DNA of 64,000 nt, from contig JAQTUX010000001.1 in the NCBI GenBank assembly GCA_028707125.1, positions 1,066,438 to 1,130,437 of the forward strand, given 5' to 3'. The stretch is from Candidatus Omnitrophota bacterium (lineage in GTDB: Bacteria; Omnitrophota; Gorgyraeia; Gygaellales; JAQTUX01). The translations under genes were made by a program, and so were the position numbers. The first letter of the stretch is position 1, and every line of letters begins with the position of its first letter. The notes under the pieces were generated by a model. It was not told the origin of the DNA, ran no database searches, and saw only the letters and a program-made list of their open reading frames with translations. Shown here piece by piece: positions 30,370-40,431 of the stretch.

Positions 30370-31554
30370 TTATTTTCTTATGAGGGGGAGCATCCTGTAA
30401 ACATTGGCTTTCCTGTCGGAATAATCAGGGGGTGTTGGCTTGTCTCTGGTGATTTCAATGAGCCCGTTTGACTCTAATTCCAAGAGACCTAATGAGATAG
30501 TCGTATCGCTTATGCCGTAGAGCTTGGACATATCTTCCTGGCTGCGGAACCAGAAAGGGTATTTTGTAGAGCGGGATGCTTCATACAGGCAAACAAGATA
30601 CATATACTTTGCCCGCATAGAGAGTTTGTCGGAGTATCCCTGATGCCAATATTCAAAGGGAATTGTTATTGGGGCGGAGAGCGCGGCGGTATCGGACTTT
30701 AGTGTGACTTTGCCTTTCCTGTAGTCTATAAGGCCGCAGCGCCTGAGGCGTTTCAGTAAACGGTGCACCCTCTCATAGAAGTAGTGGTGTTCATTGCGAT
30801 AGGTGCCCGGTTTCTTTGGAGCTTGGTATTTCATATCTTTGGCTATAGAGTCGTAATCAAGGTCAAAGGATGACTGGTCTCTCTCTTGCCGGAGTTTATG
30901 TAACAGTAGATAAATGTCAAATTGTCTGTCTGCCTGGGCTTTAATGAGACGGCGGCCTAACTTAGGGGAAAGAAGAAAACTGCTTGAAACAGCTACGCCT
31001 TCTGCGGAAGGCAGGAATAGATCTTTATCCTGAAGAGGGATATCGTTAATCTGCTCCTTCAAGGCAATGGCGTCTTCGGGAGAGTCCTTAAAATAGGTGG
31101 CCTCATAGTTATCTTCAATGGCCGCCTTTGACCAGTTGGCGCTGCCTACGAATACATATCTGTCATCAATAACGGCTGCCTTTGTATGCAAAAGATGCTC
31201 AGGCGTATCAAAGTATACGGCTATGTTGTTTTCCTTTAGCTTTTCATAGGCAAGGCGGTTCTCCTTTAGCTTTGAGTCCTCCAAGATGACCTTTATCGCT
31301 ACTTTACGCTGTTTCGCGGCTATGAGATCATTAAGCAGCTCGTTAACCGGGTTGGCCTGGTCATCAGGGCCTATTATGATAAAGTAGATCGCTATGGTAA
31401 TTGAGGTCTTGGACTCGGATAGGTATTTATGCAGGTATTGGTGGTAGGAGCTGCCGAAAAGGATTTCCGCAGAGCTGATCTGGCCGCAAAATACAAAATA
31501 AGCCAATGCAGCCAGAGATATATAGTTGACTCTTAGCTTATTTATGTTTCTCAC
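30370..31554 (-). CDS. Phospholipase-D-family (Nuc-like) nuclease with signal peptide and C-terminal winged-helix domain
   Basis: The N-terminus has a signal peptide. The HKD motif is HTKAAVIDDRYVFVGSANWS. The C-terminal ~200 aa end in a wHTH-like segment MSKLYGISDTTISLGLLELESNGLIEI. Confidence 0.6.
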   Translation of the reverse strand: MRNINKLRVNYISLAALAYFVFCGQISSAEILFGSSYHQYLHKYLSESKTSITIAIYFIIIGPDDQANPVNELLNDLIAAKQRKVAIKVILEDSKLKENRLAYEKLKENNIAVYFDTPEHLLHTKAAVIDDRYVFVGSANWSKAAIEDNYEATYFKDSPEDAIALKEQINDIPLQDKDLFLPSAEGVAVSSSFLLSPKLGRRLIKAQADRQFDIYLLLHKLRQERDQSSFDLDYDSIAKDMKYQAPKKPGTYRNEHHYFYERVHRLLKRLRRCGLIDYRKGKVTLKSDTAALSAPITIPFEYWHQGYSDKLSMRAKYMYLVCLYEASRSTKYPFWFRSQEDMSKLYGISDTTISLGLLELESNGLIEITRDKPTPPDYSDRKANVYRMLPLIRK

Positions 31555-31642
31555 CTTGGCTTGATTATACTATAAAAACTCCGGAAAGAGCAAAAAATTA
31601 TAATGGCCTTTTAATTAGCGAAAAATTGAGTATAATATAGAT

Positions 31643-32455
31643 ATGTACTGCGATTTCTTCAATCTAAAGGAAAGGCCATTTAACGTTACCGCTGACCCCT
31701 CCTTCTTTTTCTCTGCCAGGCACCACAAGGAGGCCCTGGCGCATTTGATCTACGGCATAAAGGAAAGAAAGGGGGTGATACTTATCACAGGCGAGGTGGG
31801 CACGGGAAAGACCACCCTTTGCAGGGCGCTGTTAAACATCCTGGATGACAATACCAAGACGGCGTTCGTGATCAATCCGTCATTCTCCGGGAACGAACTG
31901 CTCAAGGCAATAACCGGCGATTTCGGCATACCTGTCACAAAAAATACAAATCTATCCTATATCTGGGCGCTGAATAAATTCCTTATAAATGAATCCGGCA
32001 AAGGTAAAAACGTCGTGCTGGTAATAGACGAGTCGCAAAACTTAAACCCTGAAGACCTGGAATTGGTACGCCTGCTCTCCAATCTTGAGACAGAGAAGGA
32101 CAAGCTGCTGCAGATCATACTGATCGGGCAGCCGGAGTTGAACGCGCTGCTTGACCTGCATGTCCTGCGGCAGCTGAAACAGAGGATAGCGGTGCATTAC
32201 CACCTGAACCCCATGGATAAAGAAGAGACAAGGCAATACATACTTCACAGGGTAAAGGTCGCCTCCAGGGAAAAATGCGTTCTGGCGTTTGATGACGGCG
32301 CCGTAGAGATGATCTACGAATTCTCGCGGGGCGTGCCTCGCTTGATCAATATTGCCTGCGACAGGGCGCTGTTGGCGGCATTTAACCGCAGCAACCCGAG
32401 GATCCACCCGGACCTGACAAAAGAAGCGATAAAAGAACTGCAGTTTATACCATGA
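31643..32455 (+). CDS. ExeA/GspA-like AAA+ ATPase
   Basis: GEVGTGKTT Walker A and DESQNL Walker B. The family is otherwise recognised from pilus and type II secretion assembly. Confidence 0.65.
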   Translation: MYCDFFNLKERPFNVTADPSFFFSARHHKEALAHLIYGIKERKGVILITGEVGTGKTTLCRALLNILDDNTKTAFVINPSFSGNELLKAITGDFGIPVTKNTNLSYIWALNKFLINESGKGKNVVLVIDESQNLNPEDLELVRLLSNLETEKDKLLQIILIGQPELNALLDLHVLRQLKQRIAVHYHLNPMDKEETRQYILHRVKVASREKCVLAFDDGAVEMIYEFSRGVPRLINIACDRALLAAFNRSNPRIHPDLTKEAIKELQFIP

Positions 32456-32928
32456 GTATAATATACGAAGCGTTAAAAAAGACCCAGGCGCAAACACACT
32501 TCATCCCCAAACCAGCCGTAAGGCGCCGCCGCCTCCCTGCCGCCGCGGTATTAATATTGCCTGTCGCCGCTATTGTTGCCGCGGGAATATTCCTGAAGAT
32601 CAAGCGTCAGCCGCGTAACGATGAAATGATCTTAGCGCGCACAGAACAGGCGCAGAGCATCGAAGAGGCGCCGGCCGCTGAACAGGCAGATGCCGGCCCC
32701 GCAATATCAGGCCAGCGTGAGCAGGACCCTGCCTCCCTGCCGCCGCCCGCGCCGGAATTCAATCTCAGCGGGATCCTTTATTCCGAAGACGAAAAATGGG
32801 CGATCGTTAACGGTTTGACCTTGCACGAAGAAGACACTGTAGAGGGACGAAAGATACTGGAGATCCACCCTGATGAAGTGGTGCTGGAATACGGCGGGGA
32901 AATAACTATAGTAAAATATAATAAGTAG
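32452..32928 (+). CDS. GspB-like bitopic protein (partner of ExeA-like ATPase)
   Basis: A single TM helix, a Pro/Ala-rich linker and a C-terminal domain. Its start overlaps the stop of the ATPase gene. Confidence 0.4.
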   Translation: MSIIYEALKKTQAQTHFIPKPAVRRRRLPAAAVLILPVAAIVAAGIFLKIKRQPRNDEMILARTEQAQSIEEAPAAEQADAGPAISGQREQDPASLPPPAPEFNLSGILYSEDEKWAIVNGLTLHEEDTVEGRKILEIHPDEVVLEYGGEITIVKYNK

Positions 32929-32939
32929 CGGGGCCGGAT

Positions 32940-34028
32940 CTACTTCCGCAGCGCTTTCAATGAATCCCGTATAACACGTTCAGGGATGTTTTCGCGCACT
33001 AACGCCTTCCCGATACCCTTTATCAAAACGAACCTGTTGACCTTGCCTGAGAATTTTTTATCGTGCGCCTGCGCCCGCATGATCGGCTCTACGCCTATAC
33101 CCGTGATCCTGGACGGCAGCCCCATAGCTTTTATAAGGCCGGCTATTCTTTTGTGGTCCTGGCTGCTGAGCAGGCCCAATCGCCTGCTGATATCAGCTTC
33201 GGCAGCCATGCCCAACGCGAGCGCCTCGCCGTGCCCGTATAAGCTGTATCTGCCTGCCTGTTCGATCGCGTGGGCCACGGTGTGACCGAAATTCAATATC
33301 GTGCGCAGGCCCTTCTTCTCCCTCTCATCCCTGGAAACTATCCCCGCCTTAAGCGCGGCGCATCTTCTGACAACCGGCTCCATTATGTTCCGGTCGCAGG
33401 AAAGCAGCTTCACATATTCTTTTTCAATGAGCCGGAATAAATCCTTGTCCATTATAAGGCCGTATTTAACCGCCTCTGAAAGCCCCGCGCGTATCTGCCT
33501 GGCCGGTAATTCCCGCAATAACGCAATATCGCTGATCACGGCTATGGGCTGATAAAACGCGCCGCAAAGATTCTTGCCTGAAACAAGGTCAATTCCGGTC
33601 TTGCCGCCAATACTGGAATCAACCTGCGAAAGCAGGGTCGTAGGGACCTGGACATAAGGGATACCTCTCTTATACACGGCCGCGACGAAACCGGTCAGGT
33701 CGCCTATTACTCCCCCTCCCAGCGCCACAAGGAATATCCGCCTATGCACATCCATACGGGCGATCTTTTCGACCAGGGCCCAGGCACACTTTATGGACTT
33801 CGCGGTTTCTGAATCAGGGACTTCAATGATCTTTACCGATATACCGGAAGATCCCAGGGAGCCGCGGATACCGGAAGAGAATCTGTTTTTTAGAAAACGG
33901 TTGGTTACGATCAAGGCGTCCGTGCCGGGATCCAGGCGGCGCAATATACCGCCCGCCCTGGCGATCACGCCGCTGCCGATGTGTATATCGTAGGAACGCT
34001 CGCCCAGGTCAACTTTAATATTCTTCAT
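32940..34028 (-). CDS. aroB: 3-dehydroquinate synthase
   Basis: 362 aa with the GGGVIGDLTGFVAA NAD-binding motif; also the GKTGID motif and the metal-binding His/Lys pattern typical of AroB. Confidence 0.85.
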   Translation of the reverse strand: MKNIKVDLGERSYDIHIGSGVIARAGGILRRLDPGTDALIVTNRFLKNRFSSGIRGSLGSSGISVKIIEVPDSETAKSIKCAWALVEKIARMDVHRRIFLVALGGGVIGDLTGFVAAVYKRGIPYVQVPTTLLSQVDSSIGGKTGIDLVSGKNLCGAFYQPIAVISDIALLRELPARQIRAGLSEAVKYGLIMDKDLFRLIEKEYVKLLSCDRNIMEPVVRRCAALKAGIVSRDEREKKGLRTILNFGHTVAHAIEQAGRYSLYGHGEALALGMAAEADISRRLGLLSSQDHKRIAGLIKAMGLPSRITGIGVEPIMRAQAHDKKFSGKVNRFVLIKGIGKALVRENIPERVIRDSLKALRK

Positions 34029-34645
34029 ATGCCGAATATCCTTATTATGGCATTGACCGCCGGCAGCAGTATCCTGCCGAACAGCCCGGCAAACAGCAGA
34101 AACAACAGGACAAACATACCTATCGGTTCCAGCGCCGCGTAAGCCATAGAGATCCTGGAAGGCAAGATACCCATTAAGACCCTGGATCCGTCAAGAGGAG
34201 GTATAGGTATAAGATTGAATACGGCAAGCAGAAGGTTAATGTACACTGCCAGCCTCAAAAAATATAGCGCCTTTAAACTCAAAACAGGGGTAAATCTTAT
34301 AACTAAAGCAAGCAATAAGGCGATCATAAAGTTTACGGCGCATCCGGAAAGCCCTACCCAGATCATATCCCTCTTGGGGTTATGGAGATTCCTGAAATTA
34401 ACCGGCACGGGTTTTGCCCAGCCAAAAATAAACCTGGAACCGCTTAGAATAAGCAAGGCGGGGAATACTATCGTCCCGAAGATATCTATATGGACCAAAG
34501 GATTGAGAGTAAGGCGCCCTGCCATTAGAGCGGTGTGGTCGCCGAGCTTAAGCGCGACAAAACCATGGCTGACCTCGTGGAACACCACGGCAAAGTAGAA
34601 TATGACCACCATTAATACTGTCGCGCTTAGATCTTGGGCTATCAT
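34025..34645 (-). CDS. Site-2 protease (M50) family zinc metalloprotease
   Basis: HEVSHG (HExxH) within the first TM and LDGS in a later TM; polytopic. Confidence 0.6.
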   Translation of the reverse strand: MIAQDLSATVLMVVIFYFAVVFHEVSHGFVALKLGDHTALMAGRLTLNPLVHIDIFGTIVFPALLILSGSRFIFGWAKPVPVNFRNLHNPKRDMIWVGLSGCAVNFMIALLLALVIRFTPVLSLKALYFLRLAVYINLLLAVFNLIPIPPLDGSRVLMGILPSRISMAYAALEPIGMFVLLFLLFAGLFGRILLPAVNAIIRIFGI

Positions 34646-34684
34646 TCGTAGGTTTTAGGCGGGAACTTTAAATCTGTGAAATCA

Positions 34685-34981
34685 TTACTTTCCGGATGGA
34701 GCCGCGCCTTTAGATGGAGCCGCGCCCTTAGGCGCTGCTTCCCTGGTTCCGCCCGCGGGAGCGCCGCCTGCTGCCGCGGCCTCGGCAGTGGGTTCCTTAA
34801 CCGCCTTTTCCTTCTTGATCTTGATCCTTACGGTCTTTATCTTGGGCAAGCCGAAGACAGACTCACCCTCGCTCCATTTGCCTTTCTCTAATAACGATTT
34901 TAACTTTTCCGTTCTCTTTAAAACCGACTTCTGTTTTTTGTGTTTAATGGATGAACCAAGCGACGGGTGTATCGACATCAT
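34685..34981 (-). CDS. Small basic protein (Lys/Ala/Pro-rich)
   Basis: 98 aa, highly basic, with a low-complexity C-terminal tail. Confidence 0.35.
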   Translation of the reverse strand: MMSIHPSLGSSIKHKKQKSVLKRTEKLKSLLEKGKWSEGESVFGLPKIKTVRIKIKKEKAVKEPTAEAAAAGGAPAGGTREAAPKGAAPSKGAAPSGK

Positions 34982-35571
34982 AACCTCCTGACAAAACTGT
35001 CACTATATTGTTTTTCCTTCTTAAGCTCCTTCAGTGAAACCTGCGCCTTGTCTTTTGAAGGAAAATTGCCGATGCATAAAACCACATATTTGCCCTTAGG
35101 CATAACTATCGTCTTGTAGCCCTTTTTCTCAAACCTCTGCGCTGCTGATTTCGCGTGCTCTTGTTTAGTATAAGAGGCGATCTGTATCGTATAGTATTCG
35201 CTTGCTCCGGGGGCGCTGCCCTGTATCCGCGCGCTCCCCCCCTTCGCCAGCAGGACTTCCCCGCCTGACTTCTCAGCAGGCCTCTGGATCTCTGCCCCTT
35301 TCTGAACTGCCTTAGGCGCGGCGATCGCCTTCATCCGGGTATTGCCTGCCCCGGCGATTCCGCCGGAACCTGCCAGGCGCCTGCCTCTTTCAAAACCAAA
35401 AGAAAAGAACACGACGCCGCATACTATAAAACATATAAGCAGCATTATCTGCTTCTCATGCCGCTTGATGCTAATTTTGAACGACCGCTTGCAGGCGCCG
35501 CCCCTTGGCGCCGGGCCGTGCTCTCCCTCAGAAAAAAGCTCTAATTGTGTGGATGTATGCCTGAAATCCAT
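34978..35571 (-). CDS. SPOR-domain (septal peptidoglycan-binding) membrane protein
   Basis: TM helix, then C-terminal YTIQIASYTKQEHAKSAAQRFEKKGYKTIV, the SPOR fold signature. Confidence 0.6.
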   Translation of the reverse strand: MDFRHTSTQLELFSEGEHGPAPRGGACKRSFKISIKRHEKQIMLLICFIVCGVVFFSFGFERGRRLAGSGGIAGAGNTRMKAIAAPKAVQKGAEIQRPAEKSGGEVLLAKGGSARIQGSAPGASEYYTIQIASYTKQEHAKSAAQRFEKKGYKTIVMPKGKYVVLCIGNFPSKDKAQVSLKELKKEKQYSDSFVRRL

Positions 35572-35572
35572 A

Positions 35573-36655
35573 TTATTTCATTATAACTTTTGAGCGTTCC
35601 CTCTTCAAGTATTTTTTTATCCTGAAACTCTTCAATACCTTCAGAAATGCATCTACTACCTTGGGATCGAACTGCGAGCCGCTCTGCCTCTTTATCTCAT
35701 TTACCGCCTGAATGACATTCATCCTCTCTTTATAGGGGCGGCCGAAAACCATGGCCTCAAAGGCGTCGGCAACCGACATTATCCTCGCGCCCAGAGGGAT
35801 CCTGCCTTTCTTAAGCCCGGAAGGATAACCCTGTCCGTCATATTTTTCGTGATGATGCAGTATTATGGGTATGACGGGCTTAAGGATCTGAAGGGGCTTG
35901 AACATCTTCGCGCCCGCGACAGGATGGCCTTTGATCAATCCGAACTCTTTCTTTGTAAGCGGTGTCGGCTTCATAAGTATTTCACTGGGGATATCTATCT
36001 TGCCGACATCATGAAGCATGCTCGCGTACTTCAGGATACGTATGTCGCTTTCGTTCAACCGCATCTGATGCGCGATATCCCCCACCAGCTTGCTGAAGTA
36101 AGGCGTATGCGTGTATTCACGGGGGACCTTCGCGTCAAGGAGCTTCACCATGGATTTTATGCTGCCGAGTATCAACTTCTGCTGCTCTTCATAAAGCTGG
36201 ATATTCTTTATGCCCATTGATACCTGCGTAACCAGCATAGAAAGTATATCCTGATCAACGGAATCAAACGGCTGCTGATGCCTGCCGCGCTTTAATATGA
36301 CAATGCCGATTATGTCTTCAGACATAAGAGGCGCGGCCATAACACAGCCCTTATTAACAGGGGTGGCCGTCTTCGCGATCTCCTTCTCCAGATAATTAGA
36401 CAACCTGCCCCTGCGCTCAACAATGATCCTCTTATTTATACGGTAGGCGCATTTAAGATCGGCATATTGCTTCGTATTGTCAAGCAGGATCACGGTGCAC
36501 TGCGCCGCCTCCATAACCTGGCAAAGAAGTTTTGAAAGGCGGAGCAAAAGGCCTTTGATATCAAAACTGGAATTTATCAGGCGGTAAAGCGAATGCTGCG
36601 AAGAGATCGCCCGTTTATACTTTTTCGTGAGGGTCAAATAGTTTCTTGTGCTCAT
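35573..36655 (-). CDS. HD-GYP-type c-di-GMP phosphodiesterase with N-terminal GAF-like sensor
   Basis: HD motif HDVGK and HHHEKYDGQGYP, the HD-GYP signature. Confidence 0.65.
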   Translation of the reverse strand: MSTRNYLTLTKKYKRAISSQHSLYRLINSSFDIKGLLLRLSKLLCQVMEAAQCTVILLDNTKQYADLKCAYRINKRIIVERRGRLSNYLEKEIAKTATPVNKGCVMAAPLMSEDIIGIVILKRGRHQQPFDSVDQDILSMLVTQVSMGIKNIQLYEEQQKLILGSIKSMVKLLDAKVPREYTHTPYFSKLVGDIAHQMRLNESDIRILKYASMLHDVGKIDIPSEILMKPTPLTKKEFGLIKGHPVAGAKMFKPLQILKPVIPIILHHHEKYDGQGYPSGLKKGRIPLGARIMSVADAFEAMVFGRPYKERMNVIQAVNEIKRQSGSQFDPKVVDAFLKVLKSFRIKKYLKRERSKVIMK

Positions 36656-37808
36656 CCAGCGCGCACCTGTCGGTCATCGCGGCTATATAGTCGCAAATCA
36701 TCCTTCTGGTGTCCTCCTGCGAGCCCCTTGGTTGGTCCAGGGCGGGTGCTGATCCTGTCGAAGCAGGGCCCTTCCTGCTTACAGGAAGCTGCTCCGGGCT
36801 CTCCAGGTATAAATTAAACAATTCCGTGATAAACCTCTTTGCCTTATGAGACATCCTTAACACTCTATAATGGCGGTAAAGATCCCTGATCAGAAGGCGG
36901 CGTAACTCTAATCTGCGTTCCTTTATATCATCGCTGAAGACGATAATCTTTTCCTTAAGGCCCTTCGCGTCATCCGGAGAAGAAGGCGCGAATTCTTTTA
37001 GTTTCTTCCGCGAATTATTGATGAGGTCGGTCACCTGGATGTCTATAAGCGACCTTATCATCAGGTACTTCCTCATCTGCGGATCCAGCTTCCGGTGTTT
37101 CGCCCAGGTCCCCTCGAATACATCACGCCAGAGAGAAACCTTCTTAAGTTCGCTCTCCTGGATAAGCCCTGAGGTAATACCGTCATCTAAATCATGATTA
37201 TCATACGCTATTTCATCCGCGATGTCAACGACTTGTGTTTCCAGCGCGGGCAGTTTATCCGGCTCAAATGTCTCGTTTCCGGCTATGGTATCATAAGCCG
37301 ACATATGCTTTGCTATGCCTTCCCTGACTTCCCAGGTCAAGTTCAATCCGGGAAAATCAGGATATTTTTCCTCCAATAGATCCACGACCCTTAAGCTCTG
37401 CGCGTTGTGGTTGAACCCGCCGTAATCCCGCATCAGATCATTAAGCGCCTCCTCGCCCGCGTGCCCGAAAGGCGTATGGCCCAGATCATGGGCGAGCGAA
37501 ATGGCCTCTACCAGATCTACGTTCAGCCTCAACGCCCAGGCGATCGTCCTGGCTATCTGAGAGACCTCCAATGTATGCGTAAGGCGGGTCCGGTAATAAT
37601 CGCCTTCGTGATTGACAAATACCTGCGTCTTGTATTCCAGGCGCCTGAAAGCAGCCGAATGTATTACCCTGTCCCTGTCTCTCTGGTAACAACCGCGGTA
37701 GGTATGCTCTTTTTCCTTATGCTGCCTGCCGCGCGTCCGGCTGCTTTTCTGGGCGTAAGGCGCGAGAAACCTGCTTTCAAACTCTTCTATGTAATTGCTT
37801 TTCCGCAT
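36615..37808 (-). CDS. dgt: dGTP triphosphohydrolase-like HD-domain phosphohydrolase
   Basis: HSAAFRRLEYKTQV...THTLEVSQIAR...LAHDLGHTPFGH, the dGTPase HD motifs. Confidence 0.75.
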   Translation of the reverse strand: MRKSNYIEEFESRFLAPYAQKSSRTRGRQHKEKEHTYRGCYQRDRDRVIHSAAFRRLEYKTQVFVNHEGDYYRTRLTHTLEVSQIARTIAWALRLNVDLVEAISLAHDLGHTPFGHAGEEALNDLMRDYGGFNHNAQSLRVVDLLEEKYPDFPGLNLTWEVREGIAKHMSAYDTIAGNETFEPDKLPALETQVVDIADEIAYDNHDLDDGITSGLIQESELKKVSLWRDVFEGTWAKHRKLDPQMRKYLMIRSLIDIQVTDLINNSRKKLKEFAPSSPDDAKGLKEKIIVFSDDIKERRLELRRLLIRDLYRHYRVLRMSHKAKRFITELFNLYLESPEQLPVSRKGPASTGSAPALDQPRGSQEDTRRMICDYIAAMTDRCALDEHKKLFDPHEKV

Positions 37809-38277
37809 GCCTCAAGATATTATACAGCTCTTCCAGCGACTGTGATATTACTTTGGTGCCGGCTATAACCGGCATAAAATTCGTGTCTTCAGCCCAGCGC
37901 GGCACGATGTGTATATGCAGGTGCCCGGGGAAGCCCGCGCCGCTTACCTTTCCCAGATTCATGCCTACATTGTATCCCTGCGGCTTAAGCACCTTATCCA
38001 GGAGAAGCTTAGACCTGTTCAACAGCCCGATAAGGTCTGCTATCTCTTCCTTACTAAGCCCTGACAGCTCTGCCACATGCCTGCGCGGCACTACCATAAG
38101 ATGGCCATTGTTATAGGGAAATATATTCAACAGGGCCAGGGAATTCCTGCTTCGCAAGACCACAAAATGCTTCTTATCGGATCTTGTGCCGGCCGCGCCA
38201 CAGAATATACATTTGCGTTTATTCCCGCCTTGCCTGAGATATTTCATGCGCCACGGCGCCCATAACTTGTCCATCAT
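37777..38277 (-). CDS. HIT-family nucleotide hydrolase/transferase
   Basis: Histidine triad HLHIHIVPR and an N-terminal CxxC zinc site (CIFCG). Confidence 0.6.
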   Translation of the reverse strand: MMDKLWAPWRMKYLRQGGNKRKCIFCGAAGTRSDKKHFVVLRSRNSLALLNIFPYNNGHLMVVPRRHVAELSGLSKEEIADLIGLLNRSKLLLDKVLKPQGYNVGMNLGKVSGAGFPGHLHIHIVPRWAEDTNFMPVIAGTKVISQSLEELYNILRHAEKQLHRRV

Positions 38278-38302
38278 GTACCTCTTAGTTAAATCGGATT
38301 TA

Positions 38303-38800
38303 TCAATTAATACGGATTATTTTACCTTTTATACCCTTGTCTACCTCCAATATGCCGTAAGAGTTATACGGCGCGAATATTTTATCGCAAAGCGAGCCGG
38401 GATTAAAATAAAGCACCCCGCCTATTTCTTTGTTGAACGGCTTATGTGTGTGGCCGAACACGATCGCGTCAAGCCGTTCGCCTTCAAATATCTTATTAAC
38501 CATGTCTATGATATCATCGGGATGCCCGCAGCCGTGAGTAAGCCCTATCTTAAAACCGCCGGCCTCCAGTATCTGCTTAACAGGAAGGGCGTTCTTTGCC
38601 TTCGCGGAATCCATATTCCCCCTTACCGCCTTCACTTCTACGCCGGGCAATCTTTCCCTGAAGATATCAAGGACCGCGATGTCTGTTAAGTCCCCGCAGT
38701 GCAATACAAGGTCGGCCGACTTAAGGCCGCTGAATACCGCGTCGGGCAGCCGGCTGCAGGTTTCAGGATAATGCGTGTCGGAAACAACCCCTATCTTCAT
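38303..38800 (-). CDS. YfcE-like metallophosphoesterase
   Basis: MKIGVVSDTHYP...HCGDL...GHTH, the calcineurin-like phosphoesterase motifs. Confidence 0.7.
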   Translation of the reverse strand: MKIGVVSDTHYPETCSRLPDAVFSGLKSADLVLHCGDLTDIAVLDIFRERLPGVEVKAVRGNMDSAKAKNALPVKQILEAGGFKIGLTHGCGHPDDIIDMVNKIFEGERLDAIVFGHTHKPFNKEIGGVLYFNPGSLCDKIFAPYNSYGILEVDKGIKGKIIRIN

Positions 38801-40431
38801 TTAATGATGCGGGGTTTCCCGTAGAAATCCATCAGCAGGTTCAGATTGTCCAGATTCCAGGTCATTATCTTCTCCTCTTTGGCAAGGAGCCGGGCATTAG
38901 CGTCTATATCTTCGGATACGATTATAAACTTTTTCCGCGCCTTTGAACGGAACTTCTTGCAGCCGCCGGCAAATTCCATTATGTCTTCATAGGTAAGGCA
39001 CGCGCCGTCCTGACCGTTAAAGGCGGCGACCCATACAATATCGGAGGACCTGCCGAGGATGCCGTCCCTCACGCGGCTGCCGCTGAATTTAAGCGGTTTT
39101 ATCTCGCGAAAATGGCTTAATTTCAGCCGTTTTCGCTCTATCACCACCGACTCATCATTAAAATTATAGAAAAGCTCGGTCATCCTTTCCAGGATATCTT
39201 TATTGTTATTCTCAATAAAACTCTTTACCTCATCCGTTATCCTTGCCTTAAGCCTCGTGATAAACTCTTCACCCATCAGGGGGTTTCCCGACGCGTAGTC
39301 GGAATAAACGAATTTAAACCACAGATTATATAGCCGGTCATTAAATGTATAGAAATCCCCGCTTCTCGTCAGGACATCTCCCGCGATCAAGGCGTCCAGT
39401 TCATCTACTATCTTATTTTTTTGCCGGCGGAGGTTCAGCCGTATGTCCTTTATTCTGTTGCAGCCGTCGGTAATGAAGGCGAGTATCTTAAGGCGGTCCC
39501 GGGATGAGGCGGTATCGGCCAACTGCCGCGTCCTGAAAAGGAAATTTTTGTTCAGCACGCTCCACCTGTCGGAAAGAGAGCGGACAATACCCTCCACAAA
39601 TACCTCTGAATCAATGATGTTCTTCTCGTGGCCGCGCGCGCAGGATGTCATTGACTCGCATATCGTCTTTAAATAAAACGGGTGCCCCCCTGTAAAATAT
39701 ATAAGGAACTTCCTGAAGTTATGGTCTATGAAAAAGGGCGCGAAATGCCTGTTTATCATTTCATTGCTGCAGCGGGCGTCAAAGGGCGCCAATTCGATGA
39801 TCTCAAAATTGCCGAACAAAAGCGAAAGGTCTTCCTGCAGTATCTTCTGCGCCTTTTTCCCGCGGGAACTTATGAGGATATACATAATGTTTTTCTGCAC
39901 GCATATCGCCTTTCCCCATTCCCTGTAAAGGTTCTTGACCTTAAAATTCTCTATATTCTGGAATTCGTCAAATACGACAACGCAGGATTTTGACGTCTCT
40001 TTATAGAAAACATCCAGGATAGATAGCATCTCAAAAAACACCCCGGACGCCCTGCTGCCTGCCTTAGCGACCTCTGCCAGGACGGCGATCCTGCCTGCCG
40101 TATCCGGAATGAATCTCCTGGAGGCGTTGACCAGAAAGCCGTAATCGTTCTGCAGGGATATGCCGCTATTCTGCAGGAAACTGTAGAGCATCGCGCAGAA
40201 AAAACGCTTCAGAAATGACTGAAGGTCCTCATCCGGCTTTACCTCAAGATATACCGGCACTACCGCGTTATCCTGGAACCTGCCGAAGAAGTCCAAAACC
40301 GCGCTGCTTTTACCAACGAGCTCGCTTCCCAGAACGGCTATATTCTGCCTGTAACCCTCCCTGAACCCCTGCAGGCGTTTGCCGAGGATATCTTTGATCT
40401 CCTGCCTTCCTATAAACTCACCTGTTTTCAT
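38797..40431 (-). CDS. AAA+/Arch-ATPase-like ATP-binding protein (DUF234-type)
   Basis: Walker A GSELVGKSS near the N-terminus and Walker B VVFDEFQ; 544 aa. Confidence 0.5.
   Translation of the reverse strand: MKTGEFIGRQEIKDILGKRLQGFREGYRQNIAVLGSELVGKSSAVLDFFGRFQDNAVVPVYLEVKPDEDLQSFLKRFFCAMLYSFLQNSGISLQNDYGFLVNASRRFIPDTAGRIAVLAEVAKAGSRASGVFFEMLSILDVFYKETSKSCVVVFDEFQNIENFKVKNLYREWGKAICVQKNIMYILISSRGKKAQKILQEDLSLLFGNFEIIELAPFDARCSNEMINRHFAPFFIDHNFRKFLIYFTGGHPFYLKTICESMTSCARGHEKNIIDSEVFVEGIVRSLSDRWSVLNKNFLFRTRQLADTASSRDRLKILAFITDGCNRIKDIRLNLRRQKNKIVDELDALIAGDVLTRSGDFYTFNDRLYNLWFKFVYSDYASGNPLMGEEFITRLKARITDEVKSFIENNNKDILERMTELFYNFNDESVVIERKRLKLSHFREIKPLKFSGSRVRDGILGRSSDIVWVAAFNGQDGACLTYEDIMEFAGGCKKFRSKARKKFIIVSEDIDANARLLAKEEKIMTWNLDNLNLLMDFYGKPRIIK

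Noticed and set aside
31643-32928. ExeA/GspB pair as part of the defense island or a Tn7-like TniB
   Set aside because: No TnsA/B/C-like neighbours or transposon ends, and normal GC. It more plausibly belongs to pilus/secretion assembly, as its only recognisable relatives do.
34685-34981. Small basic protein as a ribosomal protein (S21/THX-like)
   Set aside because: A genuine rpsU was found elsewhere (51450-51620). This sequence has a low-complexity Ala/Pro/Lys tail that does not match ribosomal protein families from memory.
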